From the NCBI RefSeq assembly GCF_009914755.1, contig NC_060926.1: 64,000 bases of DNA. One strand, 5' to 3'. The notes beneath the pieces are model-generated. The model was given only the letters and a program-made list of their open reading frames with translations. It searched no databases and was not told where the DNA came from. Source of the DNA: the human T2T-CHM13v2.0 reference genome, Homo sapiens. The position numbers and the translations under genes were made by a program. This document shows, in pieces, positions 40,533 to 53,719 of this stretch. Each line of letters opens with the position of its first letter. The stretch's first letter is position 1.

Positions 40533-41267
40533 TGAAACCACTTTTGCAACAATTATAACTGAGGAAATTACGACAGTGAAGGAGATCACACCTACTAACT
40601 CCATCTTCTTTCTGACCTTTAAGCTGTCCTTGTTCATTCCTGGGTATAGGCTGAACCAACCTAGAGAAGGAACTTAGTTTATGGGTGACTCTGAAACAAA
40701 ATTGATAATAGCCCTTTCCTGAAAAGACCCCCTTCTTGCTTTGGGTCCAGTTTGCCTTTGTGAGACTAACAAATTAACTACAAGATTAGAAATTATGATT
40801 TAGGGGTCATGTAGCCTCTGGCTGTAGGAGCCTGAACCTCCCCAAATTGCTCCTGGAGATAACATCACTATTGTAAAACCTAAGATTAGTGCTTGAGATA
40901 TTTTGCAGACCCTGCAGTCAATGGATAAGCTGACACCACCCATACTAGTAATATGACTCACTCAGTTCTGCAATCCCACCCCAGAAGAGAAGGCAGCAAG
41001 AAAACCTCACTTCAACTCCCCTGTGATTGATTCTATCTCCAACCTGGCCAATCAGCACTCCCCACTTCTGAAGCCCCTACCTGCCAAATTATCTTTAAAA
41101 ACTCCATTTCTGGAATGCTCTAGGAGACTGATTTGAGTAATAATAAAACTCTGGTCTCCTGTAGAGCTGGCTCTGCCTGAATTACTCTTTTTCCATTGCA
41201 ATTCCCCTGTCTTGATAAATTGGTTCTATTTAGGCAGCAGGCAAGGTGAACCCATTGGGCGGTTACA
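40533..41267 (+). mobile_element. LTR8A-like 5' LTR (ERV1, HUERS-P1 family)
   Basis: TGAAACC...TTTGCAA start and GAACCCATTGGGCGGTTACA end, with internal CCAAT and AATAAA. Confidence 0.9.
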
Positions 41268-41672
41268 AATTTGGGAGCTCATCCAGGATTGCTCTTGGGG
41301 ATATCTGCCTGTGGTTTGGTAGCACAATTCTAGCAATGGATTCAGAGGCCAGCCCAAGTGGCGGCCTTGTTTTCTTGGACTGGAGGCTGACTCTAACAAT
41401 GTCTCTACCAGTGGGGCCTTGCCAACCCAATGTGCATGGATTTAATTGTCATGGAGAAACAGCCCTGGGGAGACACCCCATAACTGTAGCCCTATCACAG
41501 GGTATTTGTCTGTAGCCAGAGGGTGCAGTGTCTTTCAGTAGTTCCATTATGGGTTGACCCATTCTGTGAGTATCCTAGGCACTGCCAATGACTCCTTCCC
41601 TCTCCTGATTAGTTCCGTGGCCCCATTCATTGTAGGGTGTCTGTCTCAGTACAGCTCCTTTAGGGGTTTCAG
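41268..41672 (+). mobile_element. HUERS-P1-like internal leader remnant
   Basis: Starts with PBS-Pro directly after the LTR and lies between two LTR copies. No gag or pol is recognisable. Confidence 0.75.
41272..41289 (+). other. retroviral primer-binding site, tRNA-Pro
   Basis: TGGGAGCTCATCCAGGAT versus PBS-Pro TGGGGGCTCGTCCGGGAT (15/18, two differences at CpG), 4 bp after the LTR end. Confidence 0.88.
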
Positions 41673-42105
41673 CTGAACCTGCCCAAATTGCTCCTGGGGA
41701 TAACAACATTACTGTAAAATCTAAGAGTAGTACTTGAAATATTTTGCAGACCCTGCTCTCAATGGATAAGTGGACACCACCCAGACCAGTAATCTGACTC
41801 AACCAGTTCTGTGATCTCACCCAGGAACAGAAGACAGCAAGAAAACCTCACTTCAACTCCCACTATGATTCCATCCCCAACCTGACCAATCAGCACTCCC
41901 CACTTCCTGAACCCCTATTCACCAAATTATCTTTAAAAACTCCAATCCCTGAATGCTTGGGGAGACTGATTTGAGTAATAATAAATCTCCGGTCTCCTGC
42001 ACAGCTGACTCTGCCTGAATTGCACTTTCTCTATTGCAGCTCCCCTGTCTTGATAAATCAGCTCTGTCTAGGCAGGGTACAAGGTGAACCCATTGGACAG
42101 TTACA
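41673..42105 (+). mobile_element. second LTR8A-like copy lacking its first ~300 bp
   Basis: Direct repeat of 40832-41267, ending GAACCCATTGGACAGTTACA. Confidence 0.92.
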
Positions 42106-42514
42106 AATTCTAACCTTTCATTGTAGTTTTCAAAAGATTTTTTTCCAAAAGCATAATTTTAGAATGAAACACTTCCCACCCCCAAACAGCACTTAACTTT
42201 TCTTTATTTTAACTCTCTGTGCAGATTTTGATGCCCCCTTTCCTTACTTCTTGTCCTTGTCATCTTTTGAACTGATTTCCCAAATGCTCTACTGTTAGTG
42301 TCTCATTCAAGTCTCTGTTTCTAATATAAGGCTCAATTCTAGGCCATTTATTCAGTTCTGTAACGATCAATTCAGTTGTTTCTACTTTATAGGAATTGTG
42401 CCCATAGCAATAGCATTATTCTGGGCATTATGTAATTCTCTGTGGATTTAATATTAGTTTGGAGAAAGATTCATCCTTGCCACACACATCAATATCAGAA
42501 AGGAACTGATGCCT

Positions 42515-42720
42515 GGTAAGAGCCTGCTCTGCCAACACTGGGCAATGCACATATATTAAGCCATTTAGTTCTCCTGAAAACCATCCCAGATTGATATTAT
42601 TATCCACACTTCAAAGAAGTGGAAACTGAGAAGTTAAGTGTTTTTCACATAAATACAGAGTTAGTAAGGGATAGAATTGGAATTTGATCGATGCTGTATA
42701 AAACAATTCTGTCCTCCAAA
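42515..42720 (-). mobile_element. MIR
   Basis: ATTATTATCCACAC...GGAAACTGAG AAGTTAAGTG core. Confidence 0.7.
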
Positions 42721-43817
42721 GTTAAAAAAAATAAAAAATGATGTGGTGATTCTCTGTGGAAAGGTAAGTACAAATGTTTTTATTTCTCAAGTTAGGAAAT
42801 GAAAGTACATAGAGGATGTAACCTGACACAGCCATGCAGTCAAGTATATGTTCCAGTGTGGCTTCTACTCATTTATTTCAAATTAAGCCAGTTAAATGAA
42901 TTATGTTAAATCACATACATAAGTAAATAAAAGATGTAAGTTTGAAGTCCATGGATTTTCTAAGTAAAATCTCACAGTTGTACTGTATAGGCTTCCATGG
43001 ACTATTGTCTACTGAGAGTGATCTAGTCACTGAAATTTCTCAATGGCCTAACATCATGTAAACAAAAACTCTGGGCTTTATGCTGCCTCCGATTCATTTT
43101 TGATAATATTTATTTAGAACATTCAATGTTTTCTTTCTCCTTGGAGACATCTGGCTTCAGACCCAGTAGTTCTTCCCCTAGGCAGAGTCAGGAAATCTAT
43201 AGGATACTCTGTAAAGCATTGTACACAAGAGACATAACTTCAGGCAAATGATTTTAGGAAACCAGATCATCAAATGAGCACACAAAAAATAAATCATCCC
43301 AACACTTCAAAATTCTTCCTGAAGATTAATCCTCCGGCTTCATAGTTGTAAGTCAATTTCCAAAGGTAAATGCTCCTGGATAAGATATAAGATCTAGCTT
43401 ACAACCTTGGGATAAAACTGAGAAAGGTTGAAAACACGGGGATAGTCTCTGGTCCCTGATTTAAAATAAGATAGGCGATTGGGAAGAACAGAAGAAGCGC
43501 TAATTGTACCAGCGATCAAATTTGCTCACTTAATAATTTTTCTTAAAGTGGGCCCAATTCCCAGATACTGAAAATAAACTAGTCAGTCATCTTCCCCCCA
43601 GAAAAATGACTTAGATAGATACCCACTTGCCAGGGCTTAAAATACAACAAGCAGGAAATTTTATAAACTATCCTTTCAGTCTATTGTGTTAGCTTTCACT
43701 CTACTGGGTTTATAACGGTGTGTGTCAGGGGCGAGTTTGCATAGCTATAGGCATCTGCTTTTGAGAATTTACTTTGATGACATAGGAGTCAATGATGAAA
43801 AGCAGGCTTGAAGAGAG

Positions 43818-43861
43818 ATGTGGAATCTTGGATAAATGTGGAATCTTGGATAAATGTGGAA
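43818..43861. repeat. 18-bp tandem duplication
   Basis: ATGTGGAATCTTGGATAA twice plus ATGTGGAA, with perfect identity. Confidence 0.95.
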
Positions 43862-45351
43862 AGATCCAATGCAAATTGGTGTGTCCCGAGGGTTAAAAAA
43901 AATCATGAACACATATTGTTTAATAATTTTGAGTGTCTTATTGATAGTAAAAATGAATGAGTGAGAAAGTAAGAAAAACAATGGGGTACCAAGTAAAATA
44001 TGAACTTACAGTTTATTCCAGAAAACTTTTAAAGCTGAGTATATTTACCACTCTGTCTAAACAGGAGGAAAGGGCTTAAGTATGTTGTAATACACCAAAC
44101 ACTTCAGCGAAATGGAAAATACCATATCAGACGAGGGAACACAGGTAAATTGTTTCCTCTGGTGAGCTGTAGCCTTTGAAAGCTCATTTATGTTCTCACA
44201 AAGGTGAAACGTAGGTTTTAGAGAAATATAAATATCTATGTATACGTACCATGCTTCCAATCAGAAAAAAGACCCAGTCCGTGTGTGTGAGATGAATTAT
44301 CCTGATGTCTGTTATAAATCCCTAACATAGCTCATGAGATCAATTAAGATGTTCAAACAGCTACAAAAAGGATGATTGAGGCAAATGGTAACATCAGGAT
44401 GACCATATGGTAAGGGGAAACTAGAACTGTTTGGATGTAAAATGAGAGCCATCGGAATTCCAGTTACAAACACGCACTACACAGTGAGGAGATAGCAGAA
44501 TGAGGCAGCCAAGAAAAATACTAGATGAAGAACAGTTTGCGCAGTGATAAAGACAAACTAGCTTGTGTTTTCGAGTCAATAAGCAGGTGGTAGGGACAGA
44601 GGGTGACATCATCTGTGCCTGCTCTCTTTCCCTCTTCTAGGCCAAGAGCCTCATGGTTTACTGCAGGGCCAGGTATTTGTCAGACAAGTCACTTTTGGAT
44701 TTTTAAGTAATGAAAGAGGCTTGTTGGGGAGTGTTTAGCAGAGGGGAAAACTATTTCTTAAATGAGACCATCAAAGGTTGTATTTCCCTTGCTTTTCTCA
44801 GGAACAGAGCACATTAATTGTCTGGTTCTATATATGTTCTAGGACAATTTCTCTCAATGGTGCCCAGTGGGCTGTGCAATGACAAGCCATCATCACCACA
44901 GGATACAATGGCCTTTGGAAAATGTAGCTCACCTAGAAATGCGTTATCAGGTGATAACAGCTTTGCCAGCTCATGTCACCCCAGTAGTAAAGTTTAAAAG
45001 GCTTTCAATGTTGAGGTTTTCTTCAAACTGCTAAACTGTGATAGGCAATTTAGCCTAACTATTCACAGCAGTCCTAAATCTATATTTACTAATGATTTCA
45101 TCATGTGTTGAAAGGAATATACTTTGAAAATCTTCATCAATTAAGGATATTGAAACATAAGAGCTTAACCCAGCCCTCTAGATGGAATGTCTTTCGAAAA
45201 ATACACTAATCTTTTGATTCACAAATAATGAAGGCAACGTGAATATATTTTAGCTGTCTGAGGCTAAATGAAAATCTCACACCAGAGAACACTTCATGAT
45301 AAACTAAGAGAAAAACAGTAAATCTTCATAAGATGCTGAGCCAGAAAAGCA

Positions 45352-45578
45352 CTGTGTTTAGGAACACAAGTTGTAAGGCAAGATCTGGAACTTTATATGT
45401 GACATGAGGCAAAGGACTTACCCTCTCTGTACATGGATTCGCAGATCTTCAAAATAGGTATAATTATTGAATCTCTCTTAAGTTGGTTGTGAGGATTAAA
45501 TGATATAAAGCATACAATGTTCTTAATGCAATATTTGCTATATAACAAATGTTTAGTAAATATTACTCATCATTAACA
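45352..45578 (+). mobile_element. MIR (MIRb-like)
   Basis: TGTGACATGAGGCAAAGGACTTACCCTCTCTGTAC...GTTGTGAGGATTAAATGA...AGTAAATATTA. Confidence 0.8.
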
Positions 45579-45690
45579 TTATTATGAAAATTAAACAAGT
45601 GAGAAGAGACAGGAGAGTTCTGCTTTATTGCAAGTGGAAAAATGCAAGAAAGACAGTTGCTTTCAGTATTAGTGTGCTTAAGAATCACGC

Positions 45691-45809
45691 AGCATGGTGT
45701 GGTGGCTCACGCCTATAATCCCAGCACTTTGGAAGGCCGAGGAAAGTGGATTGCTGGAGCCCAGAAGTTCAAGACAAGCCTGGGCAATACAGAGGAACCC
45801 TGCCTCTAA
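45691..45809 (+). mobile_element. FLAM_C / AluJ left monomer
   Basis: GGTGGCTCACGCCTATAATCCCAGCACTTTGG...GAGCCCAGAAGTTCAAGAC...CCTGCCTCTA, single arm. Confidence 0.88.
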
Positions 45810-45829
45810 TTTTTGAAGACTTTTGGGGA

Positions 45830-46510
45830 TACTTGAATGTTTTGGAGCAAAGAGTTAATACCTTCTTGGCCTTAGAAAGATGATATTGCAAAGTATGCAT
45901 TGGGACGGACAGTAACTAGAGAGAAAAACTAGTTTGGAGATCATTGTGGTTAGACAGGCAAAAGATGATGAATTTAGGTCTCCATAAAGTAGACAGACAG
46001 AAAGAGATAGATGGAAGAAACACTACAGAAAACTAAGCAACTATAAAAGGGGGTAGGAAGAAAAATTACGTTTTTGGCCTAGAAGACTTTATAAAAGATG
46101 ACGTAATAATTGAAACAGAAAACCCCCAAGGAAGAAGCATTGTCAGTGTGGAGGCGGAAATGTAATTGCCAATGAATTCTGTTCACATGTCCATGGCACA
46201 TCTATGCAAAAATGTTCAATAGGCAATGGGAAGTACAAATCACAAACTTAAGAAAGATTGTCTTCCAGCTGGTAAGTGTAATTTTTGCTAAACCACATAG
46301 ATGTCAAACCATGGAAAGAGAAAAACACATACACACATGTGACTTTTGAGCATGGAATTTAAGCCAATAGTACATAAAAATGTGTGTTGGGGAAGAGAAA
46401 TGAGGCTATGAGAGAGCGATCAGGAAGATTCTGTAATAATAATAATAAGAAGGCAGGGCTTTTGAAGCTGTGGAGGAAGTACATGCAGGATATTTGAACA
46501 GAAAGTCATC
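45830..46510 (-). mobile_element. degenerate L2 fragments
   Basis: Purine-rich tract with L2-like motifs (CAGGCAAAAGATGATG; ATGTTCAATAGGCAATGGGA). Confidence 0.4.
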
Positions 46511-46527
46511 AGAAAAGAGGTCATTGT

Positions 46528-46832
<305 letters not shown>

Positions 46833-47339
46833 AAAAAGGTCATTGTGTTTGGGTATTTGGAATATTACTTGACCAATAGCAATGCAGAACTTATAACATG
46901 AATTAACTTCCTAATAACCTCAGCTTTTAATTTTTATTAAAGAAATGAATACTATTTGGGGAATATGAGAACTAATTTATTATCCTCATTGTCATAGTTA
47001 TAAGTTTAAACCTTTTTTATTTTAAAAATTCCTTGAATATAATGTTCTGTATAGGACAATTCATAAACACTGCTTTCCAGTTTTCAATTTTCAGAATCAT
47101 TATATTTAACAAGCACAGAAGACGTTACTGGCTTAAAAAGATGCAAGAGTTATCAATTTTGTGATTTAAACATTATGGAATGATGAGAGTAGTTGGGATA
47201 AAGTAGGGAGGGAAAAAACTGGAGCAAAGCATAGGTATGCTAATTTCCTCATTTTACATGCTTGGTAATTCAGGAGATACCATCTACAATTTTGAAAATA
47301 GTGTAAATGTATCATTTGACATTATAAAAAGGCATGTCC

Positions 47340-49200
47340 CACTTCAAGATGACTGAACAGATAGATATGTTTGCTTCTCATCCTTCAGATCCAATGAAAG
47401 GCAAGGCCTAAAGTACAAAAATGTGATAACCCGTAAGAGTAAAGAGAATAGGTAAGAGGTATTCATGAGTAGATGAGGGTTTTCAATTTATTCTTGGACA
47501 AGTTAAAGTGGGTAGGTCAGAAGAAGTTACAACCCAGAACATACTTTGATAAGCTTACATTTCTGTCAGAATTCCAGGAGGACTTTAAATAAAAGTTTGT
47601 AGATCTGATGAAGAACAGAAGTGAAAAGTGGAGCTGAGAAGAAGATTAGCTTAAAATCTATATAGGGAAAAATTAGTGTCTTCCTACTCTGCTATCTCTA
47701 TGCAAAGAAGGAAGCAGGTTGGCTTCATCCCATAGGCAAATTATAAATGAGTAAATATATAAATAAATTTATTATTTGGGTAGTTTCAAATAACTTGGAG
47801 AGCTTTAGTGTAGGTGCTGCTTCCCCAGGACAAAGCCTTCTGCAAATTGGAATATAAGTGTCCCAGGCTGAAAGCCAGCTCCTTCCTCATCCAACTCCAA
47901 ACAAAACCTGAGACTCTATTGTTACTTCCAGCCATATTTCTCTCACATGGGTGATGACTATTATGGAATTTATCTGCTTGCAAAATAGCAGAGGAAACTC
48001 ACATTTCATAAATCTTAAATATAAATGGACTGTCAAGAATCTCCAGATACACACAAAAGATACAACAAAATGGAGGAGAATACAAAGAAAAATAAATAGA
48101 AAAACTGATCTTTGAAAAAAATAATTCATAACTAGGAAACAGAAAAGAGCTTTAAAAATCACGTTATGAGATATCAAAATAGTTTTTTTAAAAAAATCAT
48201 AGACCAAAAATAACACCATAAGAGGCATAATTGTAGAACAGAAAGAGGTCTTTTCACAAGCTAAAGAACACATCTTCAGTTTAGAGAGGCCCACGGCATG
48301 CCCACCAAAATGAATGAAAGAAAAGATTCATACTTAGACATATTCACTTACTAAAGAAAGAAAACTTTAACTTCCAAAAAATAAATTTAAAAAATTACCA
48401 GTTTTTCAATTACAGCTTTGGATTCTAGGAGATTGTGATGCAAACTCTACAAAATTTTAAAGGGAAATTAATTTGAATATTTTATTCAGTACCCAGCAAA
48501 TCTATCAGATTTTTGTGAGAGGACAGAACACTTTTAGATACGTGAAAATTGAATCTTTTCCTTTCAGGTAATTTAAACAGTTTGTTGAGCTATACTAAAT
48601 TAAACAAGGAAGCATATGAAGAGATTGGAAAATATATAATGTAGGAAAGAGTAGACTTCCAGCATGTCACGCGTGTGGTAGTCCTAGAGGAAAAAAAAAA
48701 GTCCAGATTGAAATAGGAAAACTGAAAAATTCATAGGAAACTTTTCACATAAGCGGAGAATATGCAAAAGCTAGAATAATTGAGAAGCTGGAACCACAAA
48801 GTTAAAGACACAAGTTAAATTAAAAGGTCACCCCACTGTGGGGGAAAATAAAAATTTTAGGGGAAGATCTATGTAAGAAAGAAGTAAAATCATTATCCAA
48901 ACACCAGGTGAAATATATGGTGTAATTGTGAGCAATTGTTTAAGAAAATGGAATTCACTCAACTTGGTAAGCTTGAACCATGAATATTCTCCTTGGAGAA
49001 GAAAATGGATCTATAGCAATAGAAATATATTAGTATTTCTCACTACTTCACCCAACAAGGAACATCATATGGAGTGTCAAAATAATGTAAATGATACTTA
49101 GTGACTTTAACTTTTTGGTCAATTTTTGCACACAGCACAAATGGCCTGGTTATGTTTCAAGTAACATAACTTAAATGGTAAAATCATAATAAATTTGTTG
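47340..49200 (+). mobile_element. HAL1 / ancient L1 ORF1-type element
   Basis: ACTTCAAGATG start-like motif and ORF1-like GAGAGGCCCAC...CTTAGACATAT...TACCCAGCAAATCTATCA in an A-rich sense strand. Confidence 0.5.
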
Positions 49201-49655
49201 ACCAAGAAAGTAGAGTAAGTATGCTATCTGGTATAACCTTAATAAATATTTGGTAGTTTGGAAATATTTTATTATAATAGAAATATAACTCTTTTGTGAA
49301 TGCTGTTATTCATACATATTTATATTAAAAGAAAAGTAAGCCAATAAAATTATAAGTAACTTTGACCTCTAGGCGTCTCAGTGGCGTAAAGATCACATAA
49401 GCAGTTAATAAAAGCATATATATAGCATGTAGTTTATATGATTAATTACCCTATACACTAAACTAGCATATATTATATGATGGACTTGTAAGGATTACAA
49501 ATTCTATGATTGTATATATATTCATATATATACATATATGAATGACAATATTTTGGTTTACATTTTAATAAGCACCTTGTCACATTTAATCCTCAATCTA
49601 TCCATGTTATAATGCTGGAAAGATTTTACATGTGAAATCTTGCTTTTCTATATAT

Positions 49656-50348
49656 TGTAAATCAAAGAAAATTACTGAGGTGAGTCTCAATCATTTTAGA
49701 GGTTTATTTTACCAAGGTTGAAGATGCACCAAGGAAAACGTAACAAAAAATCACAGAAACATCTGTGATTCCTGCTTTTTCCAAAGAGGATTTAAGGACT
49801 TCAATATTTAAAGAGAAAAAAGGGGGGCAGTAGGGGAAAGAGGAAAGAAAAAATATGGGGAGGGTAGATAAAAGGAGCAAGTTGTTGCATTCTTTTAAGG
49901 TTTTGATCAGCCTTCACTGAAGCCACATATTACAAATGAAAGGAGGGGGTCGAGGAATAGTCAATTATGCTCAGTGAATTTGTAGTTTTACATAAGATAA
50001 AGTAAACATAGAGTGGAGGAAGCAGTCGAACATGCATTTGTCTCAGTTGAATGGAGTAATGACTCCTAGTCCTGTCCTTGTCCCATACCTGTGAAGATAA
50101 GTTGTTAATGTATATTGTCAGGGTAAAAGTCAACAGGACTGTTTCAGGGAATCTTGGGAACCACAAGAAATTATTTTTTGAACAAATTGTAAGGGAGGCC
50201 CCTTGGGGAAGTATGTAGCCTTTTATCTTTGTAGCTATCTATTTAGGAACAAAACGGGAGGCAGTTTTACTTTATTCGTTTCCCAAGCTTGACTATTCTC
50301 TTTGGCATAGTGAGTTTGGAGTTGTAAGATAATTATTTTCATTTCACA
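49656..50348 (-). mobile_element. MER4 (MER4A-like) ERV1 solo LTR
   Basis: TG...CA termini. The reverse complement begins TGTGAAATGAAAATAATT...CCAAACTCACTATGCCAAAG...AGTCAAGCTTGGGAA. Confidence 0.85.
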
Positions 50349-50419
50349 ATGCATATGTAATATATCACTTACAGTACATCTTACATACTGTCTATGCTAT
50401 AGTGGGAAGCACAGGACTT

Positions 50420-50590
50420 GGGATAATGCACACAGGATTTGGAATGAGATAACATTAGGTATGGATCCTGATTACACTGGCTTTTAACTCTATGAACTTA
50501 AGCTTACTTCACTTTTCTGAGTGTTATCTTTCACACCTGTAAAATAAGGATAATAGCACCTATCTTAAAGTTTCATTGTAAGAAATAGAC
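50420..50590 (+). mobile_element. MIR
   Basis: CACCTGTAAAATAAGGATAATAGCACCTATCT core. Confidence 0.75.
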
Positions 50591-53409
50591 TGGGTTTGGC
50601 TAATGAGAAGGTAAAATCAATCAATATCAAAAAGTAAAAGAAATAGAGAAAAATACAAAGTGCCGAAGTTTTAATACTTATTTTCTAAAAGGTGTCTATT
50701 GTTATTTTTATTAACAATGCATATTTGCATATTCTATTGACATCACAAAAATATGCTGAAGGTTATGTTGCTAATGGTTTTACTTTTAATTTTTTAGTAT
50801 TCATGTTATTCTGAAATAGCATAAAGCATATGAATAATAAATTTACTAAGACTATCATTTACGAATCCTAATTTTATAAATGAAACACGTCACCATCTAC
50901 ACAATCTAAGAATTTTAATGTGATTATTAAACTAGGGTTTGATGAGATCACCGCAACTCATCTCACAAAAAACTCAGAGACAAAGCTAAAAATAAGTCCT
51001 GATAATAAACTAGTGTTGCCTCTGACTAGCAATAAGAATCGGGAGTCAAGCAAAGCCCAAGACATTTCGTCAATACTAAGTAATAGTTTGTACAAATATA
51101 ATATTATTAAAGCTTTAGACCTCTTAGAGTTGATCGTGTTAATTTCTACTACTTTCTGTATCCTATTTCCTGTAACAAAGCAACAAAACATATGCCTCCC
51201 ATTTTTTTCTAATTTAAAACACAAAGTGGAAGAACTTGCAAATGAGTTACTGCTACCCAATTTTCTTATGGATAATTGTCAGTCACAAGAGATTGGTAGA
51301 GATAAACGGATCCTGATTTCCCAGCAATGTGAAGCTCCATGTTTCCATGTAGTATTGGGGAAGAGAGCATATGAATCATGCAAGTGGCAGCATCATTGGA
51401 GGCTCTCATGACAGTGTGGATCTGAAAACTGAATTATTAACATTGTTGCAAATGTCAGTTGTCAGATTCTCAAGGTAATCTGAGAATTTATTCCTGTATT
51501 TTTTCTATATCTGCCATTGCCACAAGGGTCATAGGTGCTGCATTGTTTAAGTATTCATCATGAGAGTTGCTATTCTTTGATGGCTTTGGAAAGAGAACAT
51601 GGCCATTGTATCTCAATGCAAGCCACTTGGTATGTAGAATAGTCTGTACTGGAGGAACCAAATAATCCTGGGGCAAGACACATTGAATGGATAAGAATGT
51701 AATGATAACACATAGTTTGGATTTATTTATTCTGCTCCAGCTAAAAGGCTCTCTTAATTGTAGACTTTGATGTTAAAATTTTCTATATTAATATAATATT
51801 AATATAACAGGATATATTAAAGTGTCAAATGTATACTACATGACATTATATGTTAATAGTTATATGCAAATACAGTATTATCATATTATGTTAATATTAG
51901 TATAACATACTATGGATTTCAAAGAAACATTTTGTAAAAGCACACAATTCTTTAGATGACAAGTACTTTGGCGGCTGTCTTATAGATGCCTTCATTCATT
52001 TTCTCTTGTTACTAGAAAGCATACTGGACTTTTACCAAATAATAAGTGACAAATGTCATGTAAATTATTATTGAATGAATTAATAACTAACCTCTCAATA
52101 TCCATGTATAGGCTATAGAAAATGACAGTTTGGGTTGTTAGACAAATAACCAACTCTCAGCTACTATTCATTAAAATATTAATCATCCTTAAGGTAACAC
52201 TCACTAAAATACTTGGTACAGACAAGATGCTCAACAAATATTGGAAGAGGAATTGTTCCAAATTACCTATATATTTATCTAAAATATATATTTGATATGT
52301 GCCAAGTAGTTATTTCAAGGTTTTGACTATCTGATGCAAAGCTTTCAAAATAAAAATAACCACAGCATTAACAAAAAATGGTTTCGTTTTAGATAAATAG
52401 CTGGGAATATACAAATCTTTACAAATTTGAATATGAAGACCCTGATTGTTTAGCTTTTTTCATCTCATTCTATTCTGCTTATCATTGGAAAGATCAAAGT
52501 GGCTAACAAAGAAGTTGAATGTGAAATTATCCAAATTGAAAGGGAGGTGAAGCTCGTCATAAGTGGTTCTTGTGATTACAGCACCCTATGTTTGAATGCA
52601 CCTTTTGTTTTGTTCTGATGCACTTTTTCCTTTCTGAATTCTAAATATCCTCATGCAGTCCAGACTACCAATAAATCTATAGTCTCTTATATAATAGTGA
52701 CTCTGAGATATTTGGAAAGATATGTTGAATGTGCAGGTTTGGCACAGAAATTGATAGACATATGTGAACCCAAGGAACAAACTCTAATGATGGAGAGAGA
52801 GCATTGTAACAGGAGGGTAGAGATAAGTATCTATTTCCCTGTTCAGATGGTATCATGGAGAATGAATTTACCTACATTTATAATCAGCTTTGCTCATTCT
52901 TTAAATATTCAATCAGGAAGAGACACTAAAACAATTAGATACAAAAACAATATCTTCTAACGCTAGACAATCTACTGCAGGTCTCATTTTCTTAAGCAGT
53001 GTAAATTGACTCATTTCTGAGTTGATTTAAACAAAATCATTTTTTGCACCACATGCCTTAAGCTTTGTTCAGTTCATTTTGTTTGGAAAGACTTGTCGTT
53101 CCCGATGGTGCTATTCTTACTGTCATGCACACACACAGAGTTATTTCTCCCAGAAAGCCCTCCCAGATGTGCAGCTCACATAGCACAGGGGATCAACATA
53201 GAGGATTTGGAGGCAGGTCACCTTGCTATGCAAGATTCAATATAGAATTCTGTAAAATGGCATAATATTAATTTAATAAAAGAGTTTTGAGATATGCAAA
53301 GCAAGTGACTCAGCACCAAATATTCAGTGAACGGCAACACCATCAAATACTGGTAGAGTATAATCTATAGTCCAAGAAAATTGCAGTAATTTTGTTTTCT
53401 AAATAAACC

Positions 53410-53530
53410 TGTGATATAGGCAGATTAGCCAATTTGTACAGATGAGAAAACTAAAACTTGGAAAGGTCCAAAATTGTCACAAAGTTGTCATTAATTGGTC
53501 CCTCTAGTGACAGAGTTTAAAATGCAACTT
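53410..53530 (-). mobile_element. MIR fragment
   Basis: TACAGATGAGAAAACTAAAACTTGGAAAGGT. Confidence 0.55.
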
Positions 53531-53719
53531 TTCTGGTTTTATCTTTCCCCTAAACTGAAATTACCTGTAACCTATTCTAGAATCATTCTCTGACCAAAAC
53601 TTATCAGGATTGTGTTACACATTGACTTAAGGTTTCTACTTGATCTAGAATATTTGTCTATATATAATAGTGTTTCCAAATCAACAAAAATGATTACCCA
53701 ATATTTATGATTACGCTTA

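Noticed and set aside
50920-51411. 163-aa ORF, the longest outside a recognised repeat
   Set aside because: Starts at GTG, has AT-rich intergenic composition, no recognisable domain and no convincing splice context; consistent with chance.
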